Source: a virus
Lineage: Duplodnaviria > Caudoviricetes
Direction: 5' to 3' (one strand)
DNA length: 39,820 nucleotides
IMG/VR virus record: IMGVR_UViG_3300037313_001230
Location: 1-39,820 of that record
Positions within the stretch are counted from its first letter, which is position 1. Each line of letters opens with the position of its first letter. Shown here piece after piece: positions 1 through 6,512 of this stretch. Both the position numbers and the translations under genes were made by a program. The notes beneath the pieces are model-generated. The model worked only from the letters and a program-made list of their open reading frames with translations. It was not told where the DNA came from and did not search any database.

Positions 1-56
1 TGGGCCAGGATCCGGCCCCGAGGGGGTCACCCCCCACCCCGTGAACGAGCACCTGG

Positions 57-431
57 TTAGAACGGAGGGACGTCGCCGGCCTCGTCGCGATGCTTAGGCG
101 GCTGCGTGCTGACAAGCCCTGGATGCGGTGCGGCCGGCCGCGCCCTGGACGGCAGCGGGCCGTGGGCGGCGCGGGCCTGGATGGCTGTGCGCTTGCGGTG
201 GTGGTAGCCGCACAGGGTGCGCAGGTTGGCGGGGCTGTGGTCCTGGGGGTCTGCGATGTGGTCGGCGTCCGTGCCCTCCCCCGTGCAGCGCTCGCCGTCC
301 TCGATCCACGTGCACTGGTTGCCGTCGCGCTCCAGGACCTGGGCGCGCAGGGCTTTCCACCCCCGGGGGCGGGGTGTAGTGCGCCAGGCCCCGGGGGCTT
401 CCTGCCAGTGGTCCGGGGAGGGTTCGGGCAC
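57..431 (-). CDS. HNH endonuclease (packaging-associated)
   Basis: W..LRAQVLERDGNQC...C......DHI.....H...NLRTLC..HH..RT motif; GGAGGTGA RBS before GTG 431; last gene of the genome, adjacent to the terminase end on circularisation. Confidence 0.9.
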   Translation of the reverse strand: MPEPSPDHWQEAPGAWRTTPRPRGWKALRAQVLERDGNQCTWIEDGERCTGEGTDADHIADPQDHSPANLRTLCGYHHRKRTAIQARAAHGPLPSRARPAAPHPGLVSTQPPKHRDEAGDVPPF

Positions 432-529
432 GGTGATCACCTCCGCGGCTATGGGTGCGGCCCTCGTGCCTGGCGGGTACGAGGGCCGCGGGTGGTGGGC
501 GCCGGGGCGCCTAAAGGGGTAGCTCGGAA

Positions 530-1372
530 TCAGACCTTGCAGAAGCCAATGGACTTGAGCCTGTCGTTGATCTGCTTGCCCTGGGCCTCGGTGGTCGTGA
601 CGTCCTTGTAGGTGAAGCGCTGCGAGGCGCTCCAGTCGAGGCGCTGTGCGCCGCCATTGATGGCGCTGCACTGGTTGCGTGCGGCGCCGATGGCCTTGTC
701 CTCGTACTTCACGATGTCCGGGTTGACGGCACCCAGGGCGTCGAGCAGCTCGGCGCGCTTGGCGCCGGTGGGCTCGGGCGGGATGCCCGCGGCCTTGGCC
801 GCCGCGTCCTGGTCGGCGTTCTGCTTGGCCTCGTCTGCGGGCGAGACGGGGCAGGTGCGGTCCTTGTTCGCGGAGAACTCGGTCTGGCCGTCCTTCAGCC
901 CGGTGGCGGCGGCGCCGACGTTGCCCACGGCCTTCTTGCCGTTGCCGAGTCGGTTGTCGACCTTGTCGGTGCCGCCCGTTGAGCAGTTGATCTGGACCCA
1001 GTAGCCGGCCTTGTCGGTAAGGGTGTCGGCCACGTCGTTGAAGACGGCCTCCAGGTCCTTGGTGCTGTCGACCTCGACGACGACCTGGCGGGTGTTGCCG
1101 CTGGTGTCCTTCTCGACGACGTTGTAGGCGGGCGCGTCCTTGGCGGTGTCGCTCTTGCCCTTGCCGTCATTGCTGCCGCTGGTGGCTGCGCTGATGATGC
1201 TGATGAGGACGAAGACGGCGATGACGCCGACGCAGCCGAAGCCGATGTTCCTGCCGGTGTTCTTCTTCGGTGGCAGGGGCGGGCGCTGCGGGGGCGGTGG
1301 TGGCGGTGTGCCCCATCCGGGCTGCTGCGGCTGGCTCCATGCGGGCTGTTGCGGGTGCGGCGGATGGCTCAC
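530..1372 (-). CDS. Membrane-anchored protein: Pro/Gln-rich N-terminus, one TM helix, extracellular Cys-pair domains (C-terminal one DUF732-like)
   Basis: 280 aa ORF; hydrophobic GCVGVIAVFVLISIISAA; C-terminal AIGAARNQC...GFC pattern. Confidence 0.75.
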   Translation of the reverse strand: MSHPPHPQQPAWSQPQQPGWGTPPPPPPQRPPLPPKKNTGRNIGFGCVGVIAVFVLISIISAATSGSNDGKGKSDTAKDAPAYNVVEKDTSGNTRQVVVEVDSTKDLEAVFNDVADTLTDKAGYWVQINCSTGGTDKVDNRLGNGKKAVGNVGAAATGLKDGQTEFSANKDRTCPVSPADEAKQNADQDAAAKAAGIPPEPTGAKRAELLDALGAVNPDIVKYEDKAIGAARNQCSAINGGAQRLDWSASQRFTYKDVTTTEAQGKQINDRLKSIGFCKV

Positions 1373-1536
1373 GGGTTCCCCCCAGGGAGTGTGGTGGCTG
1401 AGGGGCCATCATGTGCCGCATGTACGGGGCGTGGTGGTGCCGTGACGGGACTGTGACGGTGTGGTGGGGCCTGCTGCCCGGGCGCTGCCCCGTACGGCGC
1501 CCCGCACGTGCGTCGTACGGCCCGGGCAGCAGGAGT

Positions 1537-1782
1537 TCAGTGGGCGCCGATGCCGACGAGGCGCAGGGCGCGGGACCGGGTGGTCTGTTCGGCGCGGGCG
1601 AGGTCGGCGAGGGCGTAGAGGGGGCGGCCCTGGGAGTCGAGGCCGGCGGGGGTGAGGTGGCCGCGCGCTACCCACTTGCTGATGGCGGAGCGGCTGACGG
1701 CGGCTGCGTCGGCGCTGAGGCTGCGGCGCCAGCGGGTGGCGAGGGCGGCCGCCTGGGTGCCGCTGTAGAGCCCTTCGGTCAC
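1537..1782 (-). CDS. MerR-like/winged HTH DNA-binding protein
   Basis: VSRSAISKWVARGHLTPAGLDSQGRPLYALADL; AAGGAGG RBS before GTG 1782. Confidence 0.75.
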   Translation of the reverse strand: MTEGLYSGTQAAALATRWRRSLSADAAAVSRSAISKWVARGHLTPAGLDSQGRPLYALADLARAEQTTRSRALRLVGIGAH

Positions 1783-1806
1783 GTGTGCCTCCTTTGCGGA
1801 CGCACG

Positions 1807-1834
1807 ACGGCCCCCGATCGGCGGCGGGGGCCGT
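1807..1834. terminator. Stem-loop, possible terminator/attenuator
   Basis: Perfect 10-bp inverted repeat ACGGCCCCCG-N8-CGGGGGCCGT in intergenic DNA. Confidence 0.5.
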
Positions 1835-1844
1835 GGTGACTGTG

Positions 1845-1867
1845 GGCACAGGTGTGCCGTTGGCACA
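1845..1867. promoter_or_regulatory. Candidate operator: three alternating GGCACA/TGTGCC boxes
   Basis: GGCACA 1845-1850, TGTGCC 1853-1858, GGCACA 1862-1867 upstream of the HTH gene. Confidence 0.4.
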
Positions 1868-1876
1868 AGGTTGACG

Positions 1877-2635
1877 CTAAGTGGCGATCTTGTCCAGCGG
1901 GAACGTTCCGGCGTTCCGGGTGGCTGCGTCGGTGAGGCGTGTTCGGGCGGTGTCGGCGATGCGAGTGGACTGCTCGATGCCGACGAAGTTGCGGCCGGAG
2001 GTGAGGGCGGCGACGCCGGTTGCGCCGGAGCCGGTGAACGGATCCAGCACGGTGCCGGCGGGGGCGCAGATCTTCACCAGCTCGGCCATGAGCTCGTCGG
2101 GCTTCTGGGTGATGTGGACGCGTTTCCTGCCGCGGGGCTGGCTGGCTGAGTACAGGCCGGGCAGGTAGACGGGGTTGCGGGCGGCGTCGACCGGGCCCTT
2201 GGTGCCCCACAGGACGTACTCGCAGGCCCGGTTGAAGCCGCCTTTGCAGGGGCGGGAGATGGGTTTGTGCCAGGGGACGATGCCGCGCCAGGTCCAGCCG
2301 GCCGCCTGCAGGGCGTCGGACGTGGCTGGCAGTTGGCGGAAGTCGGTGAAGACCAGGAGCGGGCCGGCGGGGGCGGTGATGCGGTAGCACTCGGCGAGGA
2401 TCAGGGCGAGCCAGGTGGTGTAGCTGCGCTGGTCGCGGTTGTCGCCGTCGAAGTCGAGTAGCCGGTGCTGGGCGTCGCCGCCGACGTACTTGCCGCGGGC
2501 GGTGTCGGAGGTTCGGGCCGCGTTGCTCATGCCGCCGGAGTTGTAGGGCGGGTCGCAGATGACCGCGTCGACGGGCTCGGTGAGGGTCGGCAGGAGAGTG
2601 AGGGCGTCTCCTTGGTGCAGTGTCCAGGTGGGCAT
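1877..2635 (-). CDS. Orphan DNA methyltransferase, N6-adenine/N4-cytosine type (beta-class motif order)
   Basis: DPPY catalytic motif N-terminal; H.TQKP and VLDPFTGSGATG SAM-binding motif C-terminal; ATG 2635 with GAAGGGA RBS. Confidence 0.93.
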   Translation of the reverse strand: MPTWTLHQGDALTLLPTLTEPVDAVICDPPYNSGGMSNAARTSDTARGKYVGGDAQHRLLDFDGDNRDQRSYTTWLALILAECYRITAPAGPLLVFTDFRQLPATSDALQAAGWTWRGIVPWHKPISRPCKGGFNRACEYVLWGTKGPVDAARNPVYLPGLYSASQPRGRKRVHITQKPDELMAELVKICAPAGTVLDPFTGSGATGVAALTSGRNFVGIEQSTRIADTARTRLTDAATRNAGTFPLDKIAT

Positions 2636-2688
2636 GGTGTTCCCTTCGGTGGGTCTCGTGCGTCTGGCTGGCGCACGAAGATCCGATG

Positions 2689-2702
2689 GGAACACATGTT
2701 CG
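2689..2702. promoter_or_regulatory. LexA (SOS) box-like site upstream of the methyltransferase
   Basis: CGAAC-ATGT-GTTCC on - strand, 9 of 10 positions of the actinobacterial CGAAC-N4-GTTCG consensus. Confidence 0.5.
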
Positions 2703-2736
2703 TGTACGTGCCAACCGGTATCGGCTGGCCCGATGG

Positions 2737-3192
2737 TCAGGCGCGCCCGTCGCGGGCGGTCGTGTCCCTGGTCGTCTTGCGGTAGCCGCGTCGCCCTGCC
2801 AGTGCTGCGGTGGCTGTGGCGCCGGTCCAGCGGTTGATGCCGTCATGGGTGTCGTCGGGGGCGGGCCAGCGGCCGCGGGTGAGGTCGGCGCGGATGGTGC
2901 CGGCGGTGATGCCGATGCCGGCGGCTTCGAGGTCTCGGGCGGTGTAGAGGCGGTTCGGGTCGAGGGTGGTGGTGTCGCGGTCGATGTGGGCGCGGATGAA
3001 CGCGTCGACGGCGGCCGGGTCGTACTGGACCCAGCGGCCGCGCTTCTCGGGCAGGGGTGCGGGCCAGGCGGGGTGGCGGCGCCAGGTGTTCTTGACGGTG
3101 CTCAGGGGGCGTCCGGTGCGGGCGGCGATCTCTTCGACGGTCTCGGGGCGGGGTGACCGGCGAGGGGCCGCGGGTTCTGCGCGGTCTACCAT
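2737..3192 (-). CDS. DNA-binding protein with two tandem excisionase/AlpA-like winged HTH units
   Basis: Internal duplication: TVEEIAARTGRPLSTVKNTWRRHPAWPAP... and TARDLEAAGIGITAGTIRADLTRGRWPAP...; TAAGGA RBS. Confidence 0.75.
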   Translation of the reverse strand: MVDRAEPAAPRRSPRPETVEEIAARTGRPLSTVKNTWRRHPAWPAPLPEKRGRWVQYDPAAVDAFIRAHIDRDTTTLDPNRLYTARDLEAAGIGITAGTIRADLTRGRWPAPDDTHDGINRWTGATATAALAGRRGYRKTTRDTTARDGRA

Positions 3193-3200
3193 GGGTCTTC

Positions 3201-3291
3201 TGTCCTTATCTGTTGAGATGGGATGGATCCGACCGGCGGGGGTTTCGCGACGGCGCGTGCGCCGATGGCTTCGGCCAGGCCCTCGCCGGTC
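3201..3291. repeat. Structured leader repeat, copy A (paralog of 3732-3791)
   Basis: TGTCCTT...TGTTGAG.TG.GATGGATC...GGGGTT(T)CGCG...GGCCC(C)TC shared with copy B; 12-bp stem enclosing two hairpins. Confidence 0.65.
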
Positions 3292-3308
3292 TCGTGTCTT
3301 CAGTGGAT

Positions 3309-3337
3309 ACCGCCCCCGGCTGGGTGCCGGGGGCGGT
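3309..3337 (-). terminator. Stem-loop immediately after the 127-aa gene
   Basis: Perfect 12-bp inverted repeat ACCGCCCCCGGC-N5-GCCGGGGGCGGT. Confidence 0.55.
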
Positions 3338-3342
3338 GTGGA

Positions 3343-3726
3343 TCAGTCGGCCTGCGGCCCGTTGTGGGTCATGAGCCAGATCTCCAGGCTTTCCAGGTCC
3401 TCTTCCGCAAGGAGGAGGTTGGCTGCCACAGCGTCGGCCCGGGTGTCGTGGTACGACGCCGAGCACAGTCCGTAGAGATCGATTGCGGCCAGGAGGTAGA
3501 TGCTCGCGCCGTACAGCTTGAGCATCTGGTCCTCACCCATGGGCTGATCCTGGGCCACTTCGGTGATCCGCCGGATCGCGGGGACCGCCAGGGAGGTGGG
3601 GATGTGGTGGTCGACCGGCAGGCCGATCGGCACCGGGAGCATCCCGCACACGTGGACCAGCAGGGAGTAGACCTGCGAGACGGTGAACGCCAGGGCGCCC
3701 ATCACCTCGTCATTACGGTCAGCCAT
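3343..3726 (-). CDS. Hypothetical acidic helical protein (127 aa), moron-like
   Basis: ATG 3726 with GAAGGA RBS; own promoter upstream and stem-loop downstream; no recognisable motif. Confidence 0.75.
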   Translation of the reverse strand: MADRNDEVMGALAFTVSQVYSLLVHVCGMLPVPIGLPVDHHIPTSLAVPAIRRITEVAQDQPMGEDQMLKLYGASIYLLAAIDLYGLCSASYHDTRADAVAANLLLAEEDLESLEIWLMTHNGPQAD

Positions 3727-3731
3727 GTGAC

Positions 3732-3791
3732 TGTCCTTCCACTGTTGAGTTGAGATGGATCGGAGGGTCGGGGTTCGCGGCCCCTCACCTC
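3732..3791. repeat. Structured leader repeat, copy B
   Basis: Similar to 3201-3291 but without the two inner hairpins. Confidence 0.65.
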
Positions 3792-3832
3792 TTGAGTAGT
3801 ACTTTACAGCATTTGAATAGTGCTTTGCAACA
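3792..3832 (-). promoter_or_regulatory. Housekeeping-sigma-type promoter overlaid by two tandem 20-bp direct repeats
   Basis: - strand TTGCAA-N18-TAAAGT; repeats TTGAGTAGTACTTTACAGCA (3792-3811) and TTGAATAGTGCTTTGCAACA (3813-3832), 16/20 identical, 21-bp period. Confidence 0.7.
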
Positions 3833-3845
3833 CCCATGGGTGAGG

Positions 3846-3878
3846 AAAAGGCCCCCAAATCCGCACGGATCGGGGGCC
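3846..3878 (-). terminator. Rho-independent terminator ending the early operon
   Basis: - strand GGCCCCC-G-ATCCG-TG-CGGAT-TT-GGGGGCC followed by TTTT. Confidence 0.75.
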
Positions 3879-3888
3879 GTTGGCGAGG

Positions 3889-4104
3889 CTAGGCGAGCTG
3901 CCATCCGGTGAGCCGGTCGTCGTCGCCAGCGTCGGCGGTCAGCCGCTTGCCGGGGAGCTCGCCGGCCGGGATACCGACGGCGCCGGCGATCTCGGCGGCC
4001 GGGTAGCGCTGGGGCTCGGCGCGCTCCTCGGGCGGGACGTCGGCGACGATCTCGGCCTGGTCGCCGATCAGCAGCAGGACGCGGACGGCTACGCGGGTGC
4101 TCAT
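3889..4104 (-). CDS. Hypothetical protein (71 aa)
   Basis: GAAGGGA RBS, GC-rich third codon positions, fills gap before terminator. Confidence 0.7.
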   Translation of the reverse strand: MSTRVAVRVLLLIGDQAEIVADVPPEERAEPQRYPAAEIAGAVGIPAGELPGKRLTADAGDDDRLTGWQLA

Positions 4105-4140
4105 GTGGGTGTGGTCCCTTCGGTGGTGGCGGGGTGCCGC

Positions 4141-4860
4141 TCAGGCGGCGTCGGGCGCGTGGGTGGTCTGGTGAGTGTGCAGGACGGCGGCGGCGTGCTG
4201 CTCGTACTCCTCGGGGGTGAGGGTGTGGCCGCATGCGCGGCAGTGGATGCGCCAGTGGCCGTCGGTGCGGACGAGCGCGAACGCGTCGCACTGGGGGCAG
4301 GGGGCGGCCTGGGGGTGGTCGTGGGGCCGGTCGTGGGTGAGGTCGCGGATGCGGCGGATGAGGTTGCCGAGCTCACGGTGCATGTCGGCGACGGCCGGGA
4401 GGGCGAGGGCGTACGGGAGGTAGGCGGTGAGCCACGCGCACCAGCCGCTGATGGTCGCGCCCCGGGTGGGCCAAGCCTGTTCGCAGGGCTGCGTGTGGGC
4501 GGTGCCGTGCGGGTCTCGGGTGACGGCGGGGTACTGGTAGGCGATGTGCCCGGCCCAGGCGCCGAGGACGGCGGCGATGGGGGCGGTGCCGTCGTCGTCG
4601 GTGCCGGGGTTGGGGTCGTAGCGGCCGGGGCCGATCAGGGTGAGGACGCGGAGGTCGACCGGGGCGGGGGCATTGGCGCGGCCGGTGCCGCCGAGGCGGC
4701 CCTCGGTGGCCCGTGCGGCGGGCGCCACGAAGTACTCCAGGAGCCGGGCCTGGCGGGGCAGTTCGGCCAGCCACGCGCGGAGTTCGTCGGCGCACACGGG
4801 GCAGGCGTGCGTGCCGTCGGGGGCGTCGCGGCGGCGGCAGGCGGGGCAGACGGCGCTCAT
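4141..4860 (-). CDS. Zn-ribbon protein, possible late-gene regulator
   Basis: Four CxxC motifs (CPAC, CPVC, CPQC, CRAC); ATGA overlap with upstream gene; position at end of early region. Confidence 0.7.
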   Translation of the reverse strand: MSAVCPACRRRDAPDGTHACPVCADELRAWLAELPRQARLLEYFVAPAARATEGRLGGTGRANAPAPVDLRVLTLIGPGRYDPNPGTDDDGTAPIAAVLGAWAGHIAYQYPAVTRDPHGTAHTQPCEQAWPTRGATISGWCAWLTAYLPYALALPAVADMHRELGNLIRRIRDLTHDRPHDHPQAAPCPQCDAFALVRTDGHWRIHCRACGHTLTPEEYEQHAAAVLHTHQTTHAPDAA

Positions 4861-5333
4861 ACGCGGTCGTCTCCGGTAGGGGTGGGGCCCTGCTGCAGCG
4901 CCGTACGGACGCGCTCCTGTCTCGCGCGCACGCGTGCGCCTGCGATTGCGCGCGCGGAACGCAGCCGCGTGTACGCGCGCGTGAGGGTGCTGAGGGCGGG
5001 AGTGATGCGGTATCCGCTGCTGGCGAGGTACATGTGGACGTGCTCGGCGGCCGCCATGCCGTCGAAGCGTTCGGCGGGGTCAGCGACGAGGTGGTAGCCG
5101 TCGAGGGCGGCCGCGATGACGGTGAGGTGCCCGGGCGGCCCGTCGACGGGCTGGGCGTGGGGTGTGTGCCGTGTGCGGGTGATGCGCCGTGCGAGGGCGC
5201 GGACGCTGCGGAGGACCAGAACGGCGAGGAGGACCAGGCCGAGGACGGTGAACACCGCGGCGGCGGCGAGGCCTGCGCCGGTGACGACGTCGGGGTGGTC
5301 GGGGCAGAACGTGGTGGGCGGGCAGCTGGTCAT
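4857..5333 (-). CDS. Hypothetical membrane protein
   Basis: ATGA-coupled start 5333; TM segment LAAAAVFTVLGLVLLAVLVL. Confidence 0.65.
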   Translation of the reverse strand: MTSCPPTTFCPDHPDVVTGAGLAAAAVFTVLGLVLLAVLVLRSVRALARRITRTRHTPHAQPVDGPPGHLTVIAAALDGYHLVADPAERFDGMAAAEHVHMYLASSGYRITPALSTLTRAYTRLRSARAIAGARVRARQERVRTALQQGPTPTGDDRV

Positions 5334-5533
5334 CGGCGGTCCTTGGGCTGGGCGGTGGGCAGATCGCGGACGGCGCGCAGGTAGCTGCGGCGGCCGCGCC
5401 ATTCCTGCTGCAGGTCGAACAGGTGGCTGACGGCGGCGTAGACGGCGGCGCCGATCAAGGCGACCAGGGCGAGGCCGAGGGTGGCCGCGAAGCCTCCGAG
5501 CATGGCGATGGTGAAGGTCTGGGCGGGGGTCAA
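5330..5533 (-). CDS. Small membrane protein (67 aa)
   Basis: TTGA-coupled start 5533; FTIAMLGGFAATLGLALVALIGAAVYAAV hydrophobic stretch. Confidence 0.6.
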   Translation of the reverse strand: MTPAQTFTIAMLGGFAATLGLALVALIGAAVYAAVSHLFDLQQEWRGRRSYLRAVRDLPTAQPKDRR

Positions 5534-6159
5534 CGGGTGGTCTCCGGGCCGAAGATGGCGGTGTAGGCGGTGTCCGCGCGCTGGTGGGCCTCGCGGATGA
5601 GCCGGTCGGTGAGGTGGACGCCGGCGGTGCATCCGGGTTCGGTGCAGCTGGTACGTACGGGGCCCTCGGGGTCGCGGCCGTGGTGGGTGCGGAAGATCTC
5701 GCGGCGGCCGGTGTAGACGGTGCCGTTGGCCCACAGCTGTGGCTGGGTGCCGCTGTGGGGGCCGGTCCAGCGGGCGTGCCCGTCGCCGTAGGGCTGGGTG
5801 TACGTGGCGATGGCGTCGGCGATGGTGCGGGCGGTGGAGGTGTGGCGGTTCAGGGGGATGCCGAGGGTGCGGCGGACCTTGGCGATGGTGGGCGGGGAGA
5901 CGCGGGTGGCGGTCTGAATCTGGTGGACGGTCGCGCCGGCGCGGAGCATGGCGGCCACGCGCGGGTAGCGGCGCTCGATGGCTGCCTGCTGCTCGCGGGG
6001 CGCGGCCGGGGGCGGCGGGGGTGGCGTGAGCGGAATGTTGTGGGCCTTGCGGGTTGCGGCGATGGTGGCGTGGCTGACGTGGAGCTCGCGCTTGATCTGC
6101 CGGTAGGAGCGGCCGGCGCGCAGGAGTTCGGCAATGTCGTCGCGGGCGTTGATGGTCAC
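5530..6159 (-). CDS. Double-HTH protein with degenerate HNH/Zn-binding-loop C-terminus
   Basis: Two repeats (IAELLRAGRSYRQIKRELHVS and VAAMLRAGATVHQIQTATRVS); C-terminal WTG...VRTSCTEPGCTAGVHL. Confidence 0.7.
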   Translation of the reverse strand: MTINARDDIAELLRAGRSYRQIKRELHVSHATIAATRKAHNIPLTPPPPPPAAPREQQAAIERRYPRVAAMLRAGATVHQIQTATRVSPPTIAKVRRTLGIPLNRHTSTARTIADAIATYTQPYGDGHARWTGPHSGTQPQLWANGTVYTGRREIFRTHHGRDPEGPVRTSCTEPGCTAGVHLTDRLIREAHQRADTAYTAIFGPETTR

Positions 6160-6488
6160 CGGCCCCACCTCGGGTTGGGGCGGACGCCGCGGCGCTGGCG
6201 GGGCGCGACGGGTCGGCGCGGCCTGGGCGGTTGGGGGGCGGGGCAGGTGGCGATGTGGGGCATGTGGAGGTGCTCGCCGTATTCGGGGGTGGGCCGCTCG
6301 CGGGTGAGCTGGCGGACGAGGTAGCGGCCGGTGCGGTCCTGCAGGACGGCTTGGTTGCCCTTGGGGTCGCGGTCGCGGTTGACGGCCTGGGCACGCTGGT
6401 TGACGGTCGTGCACCAGATGACGGGCTGCAGGCAGCGCGGGCAGGTGCCGGGCCCGTTCGGGGCGGGGCGTGGGGCGGGGTAGGACAT
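6156..6488 (-). CDS. Hypothetical Zn-binding phage protein
   Basis: CPRC...HIATCP; GAGAGGAG RBS. Confidence 0.7.
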   Translation of the reverse strand: MSYPAPRPAPNGPGTCPRCLQPVIWCTTVNQRAQAVNRDRDPKGNQAVLQDRTGRYLVRQLTRERPTPEYGEHLHMPHIATCPAPQPPRPRRPVAPRQRRGVRPNPRWGR

Positions 6489-6512
6489 CGGGTCGGTCTC
6501 CTCTCGGGGTTG

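Noticed and set aside
3226-3306. Hammerhead ribozyme on - strand (CUGAAGA ... CGAAAC ... GUC)
   Set aside because: Core words occur in order, but stem II would close with C-C and stem I needs a bulge at the core; an alternative 12-bp stem explains the region better. An Infernal search would settle it.
1877-3726. Restriction-modification system
   Set aside because: No PD-(D/E)xK or other nuclease motif seen beside the methyltransferase; treated as orphan.
3792-3832. CRISPR-like or iteron repeat
   Set aside because: Only two imperfect units with no spacer and no cas genes; better explained as operators on a promoter.
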